Origin: Akkermansia muciniphila
GTDB lineage: Bacteria > Verrucomicrobiota > Verrucomicrobiia > Limisphaerales > SIAT01
Direction: 5' to 3'
Length of the DNA stretch: 64,000 bases
Assembly: GCA_945860945.1 (NCBI GenBank)
Contig: CAMASG010000003.1
Location: forward strand, 624 to 64,623
Below, piece after piece: positions 19,041 to 28,546 of the stretch. Every line of letters begins with the position of its first letter. Within the stretch, counting starts at the first letter, position 1. The notes under the pieces were generated by a model. The model was given only the letters and a program-made list of their open reading frames with translations, did not search any database and was not told where the DNA came from. Position numbers and translations under genes: made by a program.

Positions 19041-20423
19041 ATGGTTACAATACAGAGTGCGGAAAAGATTTGGGCGCAAGCCCAGCAGCAGCTGAAGACG
19101 CTGAGTGCCGAAACGTACAACCTCTGGTTTGCCTCCATCCGAGCGGGTGCGCTGGAGCAGAACACGCTGCACCTCGAGGTAGCCAATGATTTTCACGAAG
19201 TCTGGCTGAAGGAGAATTACCTCACGCTGCTGCAGGATGCCGTGGCGCACGCCAGCGGTCGGCGGTTGCAGGTGAAGTTCAAGACGACCACCGGCCGCGG
19301 TGGAGAACTCTCGGCGCCCATCACCACCAAGACTGCGCGCGTGGCGGCGGCAGCGGCGGCTTCTGTGGTGGAGAAACCCGCGACCAACGGCAACGGCGAT
19401 TTCCATTTCAACCCGAAGTACACCTTCGACAGCTTTGTCGTCGGCAACAACAACAACTTCTCCCACGCTGCCGCGCTCGCGGTGGCGCAGGCGCCGGGCA
19501 AGTCGTACAACCCGCTCTTCTTTTACGGCGGCACCGGTCTCGGCAAGACGCATTTGCTGCACGCCATCGGCCAGTACGTCGCCAGCCAGCGCAAAGGCGC
19601 GCGCGTTTCCTGCGTCTCCTCCGAGAAGTTCACCAACGAATACATCGCGGCTATTCAGGACAGCTCACTCGCCAAGTTCCGCAAAAAATATCGTCAGTCC
19701 ACCGACGTGCTGCTGGTTGACGACATCCAGTTTCTCGCCGGCAAAGAGCGCATTCAGGAGGAGTTCTTCCATACTTTCAATGCGCTGCACGAGTCGCACA
19801 AGCAGGTCGTCCTCACGTGCGACCGGCCGGTCACCGAACTGCAGGGGCTCGAGCAGCGTCTCGTGACGCGTTTCGAGTGGGGTCTCACCACCGATCTTCA
19901 GCCGCCTGATGTCGAGACGCGCATGGCCATCCTTCAGAAGAAGGTCAAGGAGATGGGCGTGGTTCTTGCCGACGACATCGTCAGCTTTCTCGCCAATCGA
20001 ATCCGCACCAACATCCGCAGGCTTGAGGGCGCGCTCATCCGCGTCGCTTCCTTCGCTCAACTTACCGGTAAGAAGCTCACGCAGGAGACCGTCGAGAGCC
20101 TGTTGCGCGAAGTGCTGCAGGAAGAGGGTCGTACCAGCATCAGCATCGAGGTCATCCAGAAGCGCGTGGCCGAGTATTACGACATCCGCCTTGCCGACAT
20201 GAGCAGCAAGCGCCGTCCAGAGAACATTGCTTTCCCACGTCAGGTCGCGATGTATCTCGCGCGGCAGCTCACGGAGAGCTCGCTCAGCGCCATTGGCGAA
20301 ACCTTCGGTGGCCGTGATCACGGCACCGTGCTCCACGCGTGCCGTCTCGTGAAGAACCGGATGGAAGTGGACGCCAACGTCCGTCAGAAGGTCCAGTATC
20401 TCGAGAAACAGCTCACGCGCTGA
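19041..20423 (+). CDS. dnaA: chromosomal replication initiator protein DnaA
   Basis: ORF 19023..20423. In-frame starts are TTG 19023, GTG 19035 and ATG 19041. It has the Walker A motif GGTGLGKTHLLHAIG, the AAA+ box LLVDDIQFL, and the C-terminal DNA-binding region AFPRQVAMYLARQLT...GGRDHGTVLHA. Confidence 0.95.
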   Translation: MVTIQSAEKIWAQAQQQLKTLSAETYNLWFASIRAGALEQNTLHLEVANDFHEVWLKENYLTLLQDAVAHASGRRLQVKFKTTTGRGGELSAPITTKTARVAAAAAASVVEKPATNGNGDFHFNPKYTFDSFVVGNNNNFSHAAALAVAQAPGKSYNPLFFYGGTGLGKTHLLHAIGQYVASQRKGARVSCVSSEKFTNEYIAAIQDSSLAKFRKKYRQSTDVLLVDDIQFLAGKERIQEEFFHTFNALHESHKQVVLTCDRPVTELQGLEQRLVTRFEWGLTTDLQPPDVETRMAILQKKVKEMGVVLADDIVSFLANRIRTNIRRLEGALIRVASFAQLTGKKLTQETVESLLREVLQEEGRTSISIEVIQKRVAEYYDIRLADMSSKRRPENIAFPRQVAMYLARQLTESSLSAIGETFGGRDHGTVLHACRLVKNRMEVDANVRQKVQYLEKQLTR

Positions 20424-20504
20424 CGCGTCTGTGGTCAGCGGCCGGGCGCTCGAAGTGGGAGCGCTCCGGCTCCAGGATTGAATCTCCAACTTGGAACTTC
20501 CACG

Positions 20505-21494
20505 ATGCCGGTGATTCAAGTTAGCGGCCTCACCAAGGCCTTTCGCACCTACAAGAAGCAGCCCGGTTTTCTCGGCGCGGTGCGCGGCCTTGTCAGCCGC
20601 CGTTACGATACCACTCACGCCGTCCGCGACGTTTCCTTTTACGTTGAGGAAGGCGAGTTCGTCGGTTTCCTCGGCCCGAACGGCGCGGGGAAGACCACTA
20701 CGCTCAAGATGCTTTCCGGACTGCTTCATCCCACCGGCGGCACGGCCAGCGTGCTTGGTTACACGCCGTGGGAACGCAAGGACGGCTATCGCCGTCAGTT
20801 CGCTTTGTTGCTCGGCCAGAAGAACCAGCTTTGGTGGGATCTTCCCGCACGCGAGTCGCTCGCGCTCAACGCCAAAATCTACGGCATCGCGCAATCGCAG
20901 TTCGAGCGCACCGTCGCCGAGCTTTCCGAGTTGCTCTCCGTGCGCGAGAAGTTGGACGTGATGGTGCGCGAACTTTCGCTCGGCGAACGGATGAAGCTCG
21001 AGCTCATTGCCGCGCTGCTGCACCAGCCAAAGGTACTCTTCCTCGACGAGCCGACCATTGGGCTCGATGTCGTTTCGCAGAAAATCGTGCGCGACTTTCT
21101 GCGCGAGCACAACGCCACGCGCAAGACCACCATCCTTCTCACCAGCCATTACATGGCGGACATCCAGGAACTCTGCCAGCGCGTCATCATCGTTGACCGT
21201 GGCAGCATCTTTTTCGATGGTCGGCTCAGCGAGGTGATTGATCGTTTCGCCGATTTCAAACTCATCACCATTCGCCTCACGCCTGCAGCTTCGCCAGCGG
21301 CGGGTTGTGATCGCCAAAAGCTCGAATCCTACGGTGAGGTCGTGGAGCAGACCGCCGCCACCGCGAAGCTGAAGGTGAAGCGCGACCGTGTGATTCCTGT
21401 CTGCAAAGCGCTGCTCGACGAGTTGCCGGTGAGCGACATCGACATCGAGGAAGTGCCCATCGAAGAAATCATCCGCCAGCTTTTCGCCCGCTGA
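20505..21494 (+). CDS. ABC transporter ATP-binding protein (no adjacent permease)
   Basis: ORF 20478..21494; the likely start is ATG 20505 (MPVIQVSGLTKAF). It has Walker A GPNGAGKTT, signature LSLGERMK and Walker B VLFLDEPT, plus an extra C-terminal domain of about 90 aa. Confidence 0.85.
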   Translation: MPVIQVSGLTKAFRTYKKQPGFLGAVRGLVSRRYDTTHAVRDVSFYVEEGEFVGFLGPNGAGKTTTLKMLSGLLHPTGGTASVLGYTPWERKDGYRRQFALLLGQKNQLWWDLPARESLALNAKIYGIAQSQFERTVAELSELLSVREKLDVMVRELSLGERMKLELIAALLHQPKVLFLDEPTIGLDVVSQKIVRDFLREHNATRKTTILLTSHYMADIQELCQRVIIVDRGSIFFDGRLSEVIDRFADFKLITIRLTPAASPAAGCDRQKLESYGEVVEQTAATAKLKVKRDRVIPVCKALLDELPVSDIDIEEVPIEEIIRQLFAR

Positions 21495-21543
21495 CCGCGC
21501 GTTTTTTGGTGCGGTCAAATCTGGGTTTTGGCAAAGTCCCCGC

Positions 21544-22467
21544 ATGGAACAAGCCGCACGGACTGACGCCGATCAGGCGGCCCTGCGCTGGGCGATGCGC
21601 CTCTCGCTCGCCGCGGGCGTGTTGATGTTCCTCATGAAAGGCGCGGCCTATTACGTCACAGGTTCTTCGGCCATTCTCAGCGACGCCGCCGAGTCGGTTG
21701 TCCACCTCGTGGCCGTCGGTTTTGCAGCTTACAGCCTCCGCTTGAGTCACAAGCCCGCGGATGAGGATCATCTTTACGGCCACGCGAAGATCGGATTTTT
21801 CTCCGCCGGTTTTGAAGGGGCGATGATCGTCGCCGCCGCGCTCTACATCATCTACACCGCCATCAGCAAATGGCTCGGTGGATTGGAGCTGAACAATCTC
21901 GGTGCCGGCACTGCGCTGACGGCGGTCGCGGCGCTTATCAACGGTGCACTAGGCTGGTATCTCATCCGTACTGGTCGTAATCGGAAGTCACTCATCATCG
22001 AGGCCAACGGCCACCACGTGCTCACCGACTGCTGGACGAGCCTCGGCGTACTCGTCGGCCTCTCGCTCGCGATGCTCACCGACTGGCTTGCGTGGGATCC
22101 GATCTTCGCGCTGCTCGCCGCCGCGAACATTCTCGTCTCCGGCGTGCGGTTGATGCGCGCGAGTTTTCGTGGGTTGATGGACACGGCTGAACCCGAGACG
22201 CACCGGAAACTGCTGGAGATTCTCGACCGCGAATCCGCGCGTCACGCCATTCGTCATCATGGCCTGCGCCACCGAAATGTCGGCGACGCGCACTGGGTGG
22301 AGGTGCATTTACTTTTTCCGCGCGACCTGCGCATTCAGGATGCTCACCGCATCGCCACCGAGGTCGAACAGACGATCGAGGATTCGCTTCAGCCCCGCGC
22401 GTACGTCACTTCCCACCTCGAGTGCATCGAGGATCACGACGAGGCGCACGCGCGCCATCCGCACTGA
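21544..22467 (+). CDS. cation diffusion facilitator (CDF) family metal efflux transporter
   Basis: 307 aa. Six predicted helices carry the SDAAESVVH and HHVLTDCWTSLGV metal-site segments. A cytoplasmic C-terminal domain (HHGLRHRNVGDAHWVEVHLLF) follows. Confidence 0.8.
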   Translation: MEQAARTDADQAALRWAMRLSLAAGVLMFLMKGAAYYVTGSSAILSDAAESVVHLVAVGFAAYSLRLSHKPADEDHLYGHAKIGFFSAGFEGAMIVAAALYIIYTAISKWLGGLELNNLGAGTALTAVAALINGALGWYLIRTGRNRKSLIIEANGHHVLTDCWTSLGVLVGLSLAMLTDWLAWDPIFALLAAANILVSGVRLMRASFRGLMDTAEPETHRKLLEILDRESARHAIRHHGLRHRNVGDAHWVEVHLLFPRDLRIQDAHRIATEVEQTIEDSLQPRAYVTSHLECIEDHDEAHARHPH

Positions 22468-22507
22468 AAGTTTGCTTCTGTCCGCAGCGAGATGCTGAAA
22501 TGCCCTT

Positions 22508-23608
22508 GTGAATCTGCTCGCGCTCCACGAACTCCATCAGGCCTCGAACGCCACGTTCATTGAAGTGAACGGCGTTGAGGCCGTCGCGCATTACGGTGAT
22601 TGGCGTACCGAACACGCCGCGCTGCGCGAGACGGCTGGCGTGCTCGATCTTTCGTTTCGCAGCCGACTTTGTCTCGTCGGCGCCGACCGTGCCAAGTTTT
22701 TGCACGGGCAGGTGACCAACGACGTGAACGCTCTCGAGTCCGGCCACGGCTGTTACGCCGCGCTCGTGACCGCGAAGGGGCGGATGCAAAGCGATCTGCA
22801 CATTTGGAACCTTGCCGACGAACTGCTGCTCGACTTCGAGCCGAGCCTCGGTGCCTCGGTCGCCGCGCGATTGGAAAAGTTTCTCGTTTCCGACGACGTG
22901 CAGGTGGTGGACGCCGCGCCGCACTACGGACTGCTCAGCGTGCAGGGACCGAAAGCCGCCGAGGTTGTTGCTCAACTGGGATTGGGCGTTGAATTCCCGA
23001 AGCAGGAACTTCGCCTCGTCAGCGTAACTGACGTGACGCTCGGCCAAATGTATTTGATGCGTCAATCGCGCGCGGGCGCATCGGGCTTTGATTTGTTTGC
23101 GCCAATCGCATCGCTCGGCGCGGTGGCGGACAAGCTTATCGCCGCCGCGAAATCACTCGGTGGCCGCGCGTGTGGCTGGCAGTCGCTGGAGGCCGCGCGC
23201 ATCGAGGCGGGCATTCCGCGTTTCGGCACGGATATGGACGAAACGACGCTGCCGCCCGAGGCCGGCATCGAGGCGCGCGCGATGAGCTACCGAAAAGGTT
23301 GTTACATCGGGCAGGAAGTGTTGAATCGTTTGCACACGATGGGCCACGTGAATCGTGAGTTGCGCGGATTGCGGCTGGCCGCCGATTTGTCGGAGCTGCC
23401 GGCTCGTGGCGACAAGCTGTTCAAGGATGGCAAAGAGGTCGGACACATCACAAGCGCGACGGTTTCGCCCGCGTTGGCGGCGAGCATCGCGCTCGGTTAT
23501 GTGCGCCGCGAATGTTTTGCGGCAGGCACGGAGTTGACATTGGAAATGAAAAACGGCAGCTCGCGCGCGGTCGTCGCAGAACTGCCGTTCGTGAAAGCGG
23601 CGGTTTAG
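22508..23608 (+). CDS. ygfZ: folate-binding YgfZ / GcvT-like protein
   Basis: 366 aa with a GTG start. It has a GcvT-like N-terminus ([27 protein letters not shown]) and the YgfZ signature KGCYIGQE. Confidence 0.8.
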   Translation: MNLLALHELHQASNATFIEVNGVEAVAHYGDWRTEHAALRETAGVLDLSFRSRLCLVGADRAKFLHGQVTNDVNALESGHGCYAALVTAKGRMQSDLHIWNLADELLLDFEPSLGASVAARLEKFLVSDDVQVVDAAPHYGLLSVQGPKAAEVVAQLGLGVEFPKQELRLVSVTDVTLGQMYLMRQSRAGASGFDLFAPIASLGAVADKLIAAAKSLGGRACGWQSLEAARIEAGIPRFGTDMDETTLPPEAGIEARAMSYRKGCYIGQEVLNRLHTMGHVNRELRGLRLAADLSELPARGDKLFKDGKEVGHITSATVSPALAASIALGYVRRECFAAGTELTLEMKNGSSRAVVAELPFVKAAV

Positions 23609-24627
23609 AAATCGAGCAGCTCGACTTCGAACACGAGCGTGGCGTTCGGCGGAATCGCGCCGCCCGCGCCGCGAGCGCCGTACGCGAGATCAGGAGGCAG
23701 CACGATGATGCGCTTCTCGCCCTTCTTCATATCGCTGAGCGCTTCGTCCCAACCCTTGATGACCTGACCGATGCCGACGGTGAACTCGAACGGCTCGTTG
23801 CGCTTCACGGAGCTGTCGAAGACTTGGCCGTCGAGCAACTTGCCGGTGTAGTGCGCCTTGATCTTGCGATCTTTGCCGGCCTTGTCGCCCTTGCCAGCGG
23901 CGAGCGTGACATACTTCATCCCGCTGGCGGTGGTGGTGATTTTACCGTGCGCTTTCTCAAGCGCGGTGAGGACATCTTTCTGGGCGTTCTCGGCCGCTTC
24001 GGTGACTCGCTTGCCGGCGCCTTTGCTCAACGCATCGAACGCGGCATCATCGGACTTGAAGGCTTCGGCCTTCTTGCCGACGCGAATGATTTTAACGGAG
24101 ACCAACTTGTCGCCGCCGGCGATTTTGTTGACGACGTCCTGCCCTTCGACAACGCGACCGAAGACCGAGTGCTTACCGTCCAGCCACGGCGTTTCCTTGT
24201 GGGTGATGAAGAACTGACTTCCGTTGGTGCCGGGGCCGGCGTTGGCCATCGAGAACACGCCGGGGCCATCGTGCTTGAGTGACGAATCAAATTCGTCGCC
24301 GAACTTGTAGCCGGGCCCCCCCCGGCCGCTGCCCTCGGGGTCGCCGCCTTGAATCATGAAATCGGGGATGACGCGATGGAACACGAGCCCGTCATAGAAC
24401 TTCGTGCCCTTGGGCTTGTTTGAAGTGCGCGTGCCTTCGGAGAGTCCGACGAAGTTCGCCACGGTGAGCGGCGTCTTTTCGAATTCGAGGCGGAGCACGA
24501 TTTTACCTTTGGAGGTGTTCATCTCGGCGTAAAGGCCGTCGGCGAGTGGCTTGTCAGCAGCGGTCATAGTGTGCGCAGCAACCAGCAGCAATCCGGCGGC
24601 CAGTGTGGGAATGAGGTTTGTTTTCAT
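23605..24627 (-). CDS. secreted dual peptidyl-prolyl isomerase (cyclophilin domain + FKBP domain)
   Basis: ORF 23605..25038; the likely start is ATG 24627 ([20 protein letters not shown], a signal peptide). The cyclophilin part reads [15 protein letters not shown]...[17 protein letters not shown]. The FKBP part reads [14 protein letters not shown]...[11 protein letters not shown]...[10 protein letters not shown]. Confidence 0.85.
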   Translation of the reverse strand: MKTNLIPTLAAGLLLVAAHTMTAADKPLADGLYAEMNTSKGKIVLRLEFEKTPLTVANFVGLSEGTRTSNKPKGTKFYDGLVFHRVIPDFMIQGGDPEGSGRGGPGYKFGDEFDSSLKHDGPGVFSMANAGPGTNGSQFFITHKETPWLDGKHSVFGRVVEGQDVVNKIAGGDKLVSVKIIRVGKKAEAFKSDDAAFDALSKGAGKRVTEAAENAQKDVLTALEKAHGKITTTASGMKYVTLAAGKGDKAGKDRKIKAHYTGKLLDGQVFDSSVKRNEPFEFTVGIGQVIKGWDEALSDMKKGEKRIIVLPPDLAYGARGAGGAIPPNATLVFEVELLDF

Positions 24628-24711
24628 ACGAACGCCGCTAGTGAACCGACTCGGAGCGAATGTGGGAAGCTTTTTTCGTGACAACGCGCCGCGACCGCGC
24701 TTGATGGAGGC

Positions 24712-24915
24712 GTGACCGCGATATCGCTCGAAACTCTGGCGCAAGCCCTCGTTACTCTCGGCTGTCCCGCGGAGAAGTCGGCCGAGATGGCCGCGCAGCT
24801 CGATAAGCGCGCCCGGCAACTCGCCGAGGCGAAAGGGCGCAGCTACGAGGAAGCGCTCACGCACCTGCTCGCGCTGATGAAACAGGGATGGTCCGCGAAA
24901 GAGCGCGGGCTTTAA
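24712..24915 (+). CDS. small hypothetical helical protein
   Basis: 67 aa with a GTG start and balanced, non-shadow composition ([53 protein letters not shown]...). I recognise no family. Confidence 0.4.
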   Translation: MTAISLETLAQALVTLGCPAEKSAEMAAQLDKRARQLAEAKGRSYEEALTHLLALMKQGWSAKERGL

Positions 24916-25037
24916 TAATTCGCCGTGCCGTTCATGGCGTTCGATACCGTTCAAGCGGCGCTTGCAATCCGTTCGGCGCATCCGCAAGCTTGGGTCACTT
25001 TTTGCTGGCACAGGTTTTGTGCCGATAACTGGACCCA

Positions 25038-26597
25038 ATGAGCAACGACTCGGAAATTAATTTGAACGACCTGAGCGGCGACTGGCAGTTTCTGCCGTCG
25101 TGGGCGCAGGAAACCCCGGCTGCTGAAAAGTACGCCCGTTACAGTGGCGGTGAGGGCGAACGCCCATCTTTCAGAGACTCGCGCGGCCCGGGCGGATTCG
25201 GTGGTGGCGGTGGTCGCGGCGGCGGACGCCCGCCGCAGCGCGGAGGTCCCGGAGGTCCGCCTCGCCGTGATGGTGGTCCGCAACGTGGAGGCCCGGGCGG
25301 TCCGCGTGGTGATTTTCGCCGCGACGATCGTGGCGGTCATGGTGGCCAAGGCCCGCGTGAGGGAGACCGTTTCGAGCGTCGCCCGGAGTTGCCGCCGTTG
25401 CCCGAGCTGAATGCCGTGTTCCGTCCGGACGCTCGAGGTCTCGAATCGCTCGCCCGCCAACTCAAGGTTTCCGCGCGCGCCTATCCGCTTTTCCAGATTG
25501 CGCAGATGATTCTAGAAAAGCCCGAGCGCCATTCGATTACGCTCAGTGTCGTGAAGGGGCAGGGCGGCGCGATTGTTCAGCCGCTCTTCCTTTGCGCGCT
25601 GGATGACACGCTTTGGCTTTCCGAGAAGGAAGTCGTCGCGTACGCGCTGGAGAAGCATTTCGCCACGTTCTATCAGGAGGAAAAGACGCCGTGCGATCCG
25701 CCGAAGGGCACGTACACCTTCGTCGCGCAGTGCGGCCTCAGCGGCGTCATTCTCGGCCCGCCGAACCACCACGATTATCAGAACAGCCTGCACCGCCTGC
25801 ACACGGAGCGGTTCGGCCGGATGTCGTTCGATGACTTCAAGGCGCGCGTGAAAATCGTGAAGGACGAGGCGGTGGTGAAGAAGTGGCTGGAAGATCTGAG
25901 CTTCAAGCTCGAATTCAACTGCTTGAACGTGGCGGAGCCGCTGAGGCTCGCCAGTCGCGACGATGTCGAAAAACATTTCCACCAAGTCCACGCCGCGAAC
26001 CTCGTCAAGCCGGTCGAGAGCCACACGATCGTTTCCGGCGCGAATCGCGCGATGCCGTGCCGCCCGCTCGCCACGCTGCTGCGCGTGCAGCTCGAGGATC
26101 AGAGGCGGTTCCCGCTGCAGCTCGCCACGCTGCTCAGCCAGCTTTTCGCATCGCACGGCCTCCAGTTCTTCAAGCGCGAGAAGACCATCACGCACGTCTG
26201 CGTCGCACGTCCGCATTACATCGACTTGGAAACCACGCCGGTTTCCGCTGGTGTGAAGCGCATCATCGAGTTCGTCAGCGCGACGCCGAAATGCACGCGT
26301 AAGATTCTCATCGATTCGCTCGCGCCAAGCGCTGCGCCGGTGGCACCTGTGGAAGGCGTGCCCGCCGAGAAGCCGCAGCCCACGGCGGAGCAATCCACGT
26401 TGCTCGCCGATTTGCACTGGGTGCTGCACCAAGGCCACGTGATCGAGTTTTCAAGTGGTCTGATGGAAACAGCGAAGCGGCCGTTGCCGAAGCTGGTGAA
26501 AGAGCCGAAGCCCGCGCCTGCTCCCCGCGCCCCACGCCCGCCGAAGGATGCCGGTTATCTGCCCGCGTTCAACATTGTCGCCGGGTTGGTTTACTAA
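25038..26597 (+). CDS. conserved-looking hypothetical protein with an N-terminal Arg/Gly-rich (RGG-like) low-complexity region
   Basis: 519 aa. Residues about 36-115 read [74 protein letters not shown]. These are followed by about 330 aa of ordinary globular sequence and a Pro/Lys-rich tail. Confidence 0.7.
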   Translation: MSNDSEINLNDLSGDWQFLPSWAQETPAAEKYARYSGGEGERPSFRDSRGPGGFGGGGGRGGGRPPQRGGPGGPPRRDGGPQRGGPGGPRGDFRRDDRGGHGGQGPREGDRFERRPELPPLPELNAVFRPDARGLESLARQLKVSARAYPLFQIAQMILEKPERHSITLSVVKGQGGAIVQPLFLCALDDTLWLSEKEVVAYALEKHFATFYQEEKTPCDPPKGTYTFVAQCGLSGVILGPPNHHDYQNSLHRLHTERFGRMSFDDFKARVKIVKDEAVVKKWLEDLSFKLEFNCLNVAEPLRLASRDDVEKHFHQVHAANLVKPVESHTIVSGANRAMPCRPLATLLRVQLEDQRRFPLQLATLLSQLFASHGLQFFKREKTITHVCVARPHYIDLETTPVSAGVKRIIEFVSATPKCTRKILIDSLAPSAAPVAPVEGVPAEKPQPTAEQSTLLADLHWVLHQGHVIEFSSGLMETAKRPLPKLVKEPKPAPAPRAPRPPKDAGYLPAFNIVAGLVY

Positions 26598-26603
26598 ACC
26601 GTC

Positions 26604-27056
26604 ATGTCCGAAATTGCCACGCCCGATCTCAAGCAGCGTCCGCCTCGCAGCGCGCGCGTCCGGCTCGGTGGCTTCGTGATCCTACCGCGCATGCTCGACA
26701 AAGGCCGCGCCGAGCTCGCCGGCAAGAACGGCGAGTACCATTACAACTGTCCGCTCGACCAGCATTGGGTGAAGTTCGCCGGTGTGAACCCCGATGCGTT
26801 GTTGGCTGAGTTGAAGATGGGGAAGGGCGACGGCGAGATTCTCGAATGGATCACCGCCAACTCCGCGCACACGCTGGCGGCGCATGAGATTCTCGCGTGG
26901 TCTGATTATCAAGATAAGCGCGGACCGACCGATCTCGAGCAGCGCGAGTTCTACTACGATCTTCACGCGCAGTTGGCTCCGCATCGGAAGGATCTCTCGA
27001 GCTGGTTCGACGTGCTCGACCTCGACGACTTCGTGAGCTACGGCGGCAAGGCCTGA
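26604..27056 (+). CDS. DUF5069-like protein
   Basis: 150 aa. PRSARVRLGGFVILPRMLDKGRAELAGKNGEYHYNCPLD matches my recollection of the DUF5069 N-terminal signature. Confidence 0.6.
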   Translation: MSEIATPDLKQRPPRSARVRLGGFVILPRMLDKGRAELAGKNGEYHYNCPLDQHWVKFAGVNPDALLAELKMGKGDGEILEWITANSAHTLAAHEILAWSDYQDKRGPTDLEQREFYYDLHAQLAPHRKDLSSWFDVLDLDDFVSYGGKA

Positions 27057-27095
27057 TTTTCCCGCAGCCGTTTTCCCATGGCGCAGTGGTGGCGT

Positions 27096-27401
27096 TTACT
27101 TCGCCGCGTTGGCCACCTGCCGCAGATAATCGAAGGAGAAAAGTCCCGTGCTGTGGCCGTCGCCCCAGACAGGTTGAAGAGCATAGCCGCCGACACGCCC
27201 GAGACGCGTGAGCTGAAACGATTGCGCGGTGAACGGCCGCGCAGGGCCGCGGTGAACATCGCCCATCACGTCAGTCTCCCCGCAGCAGCCCGCGCAGGGG
27301 CAGCGCTTTCGCAGCGTCTCGAGACGGACGAAACTTTCCACGCCATCGTCCCACTTGATCGCCAACTCTTCGCCAATCTGTTGAATGTCCAGCGGATGCA
27401 T
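27096..27401 (-). CDS. DUF971 (gamma-butyrobetaine hydroxylase N-terminal-like) protein
   Basis: ORF 27096..27443; the likely start is ATG 27401 (MHPLDIQQIGEELAIKWDDG). It has a Cys cluster CPCAGCCGE and a C-terminal GDGHSTGLFSFDYLR typical of DUF971. Confidence 0.65.
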   Translation of the reverse strand: MHPLDIQQIGEELAIKWDDGVESFVRLETLRKRCPCAGCCGETDVMGDVHRGPARPFTAQSFQLTRLGRVGGYALQPVWGDGHSTGLFSFDYLRQVANAAK

Positions 27402-27464
27402 ACGCTCACGGCAGGGTAAACCGCTCACCGGCGCAGCGTCCACCCCTTCCGTTGTCGGTTGTAA

Positions 27465-27483
27465 TTTTGTTTCGCAAACAAAA
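27465..27483. promoter_or_regulatory. 19-bp palindrome, candidate metal-repressor operator upstream of the metal ABC operon
   Basis: TTTTGTTT-CGC-AAACAAAA has perfect 8-bp arms. It lies 100 nt upstream of the substrate-binding-protein ATG, in the divergent intergenic region. Confidence 0.35.
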
Positions 27484-27582
27484 CATAGCCGAAGCTAACT
27501 TTTTATCTTGCCTCAAATACGGCCGCGCGTACTGTCCAGCCTCGTGCTGTGTATGGGTAGTTCGCGTTGGTTGGGAATTCTT

Positions 27583-28503
27583 ATGAAGAACATATCTGGA
27601 AAACTTTTGATGGCGGGTCTTGCCTTGATGGTCGGATCGGCTTGGCCGGCAGATGCGGCGGAGCGGAAGATTCGAGTGACCGCGACGGTCTCGATGGTGG
27701 CTGATTTGGTGAAGCAGGTCGGCGGCGACCGCGTGGAGGTCGTCGGGCTCATGGGCGCGGGCGTGGATCCGCATTTGTACAAGGCCACGGCGTCGGACGT
27801 GACGAAGCTGCAGCAGGCGGACCTGATTTTCTACAACGGCCTCGTGCTCGAAGGGAAGATGCAGGACATCCTCACCAAGCTCGCGCGTACGAAGAAGTTC
27901 GTCTATCCCGTGGCTGAGGCGATTCCCGAGAAGCAACTGCTCGAGCCGCCGCAGTTCGAGGGCCACTACGATCCGCACGTCTGGTTTGATGTGGAGCTGT
28001 GGGAGCTTTGCTCGCGCACGGTGGTGAAGGGGTTGAGCGAATTCTCGCCGAAAGACAAAGCCGGCTTCGAACAGCGGGGCAAAGAGGCGTCCGCCAAGCT
28101 GCGCGCGCTTCATGAGTGGTCGCTCAAGAAATCCGCCGAGTTGCCGAAGGAGCGGCGCATCGTCGTCACCAGCCACGACGCATACAACTACTTCGGCCGC
28201 GCGTATGGATTCCAAGTCGTCGCGCTGCAGGGCGTCTCGACCGTCACCGAGGCGGGGTTGGCCGACATGGCGAAGCTGGTGGATTACATCAAGAAAAACA
28301 AAGTGAAGGCGATCTTCGTCGAGACCAGCGTGTCGCCGGCGACCCTCCAGCGCATCAGCAAAGATGCCGGCGTGAAGATCGGCGGCGAACTGTTCAGCGA
28401 CGCGATGGGGACGCCCGGCCAGATGGAAAATGGCTACGACTTGGGCACCTACGAAGGGATGATCAAACACAACCTCACGACCATCGTCGAGGCGCTCAAG
28501 TAG
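27583..28503 (+). CDS. metal ABC transporter substrate-binding protein (TroA/ZnuA/MntC cluster)
   Basis: ORF 27508..28503; the likely start is ATG 27583 (MKNISGKLLMAGLALMVGSAWPADA, a signal peptide). It has VDPHLYKAT, DPHVWFD, VTSHDAYNYF and AIFVETSVSP motifs. Confidence 0.85.
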   Translation: MKNISGKLLMAGLALMVGSAWPADAAERKIRVTATVSMVADLVKQVGGDRVEVVGLMGAGVDPHLYKATASDVTKLQQADLIFYNGLVLEGKMQDILTKLARTKKFVYPVAEAIPEKQLLEPPQFEGHYDPHVWFDVELWELCSRTVVKGLSEFSPKDKAGFEQRGKEASAKLRALHEWSLKKSAELPKERRIVVTSHDAYNYFGRAYGFQVVALQGVSTVTEAGLADMAKLVDYIKKNKVKAIFVETSVSPATLQRISKDAGVKIGGELFSDAMGTPGQMENGYDLGTYEGMIKHNLTTIVEALK

Positions 28504-28546
28504 CCGCCCAACCACACACAATCAGAAACCAACGCACTCGAACCGC

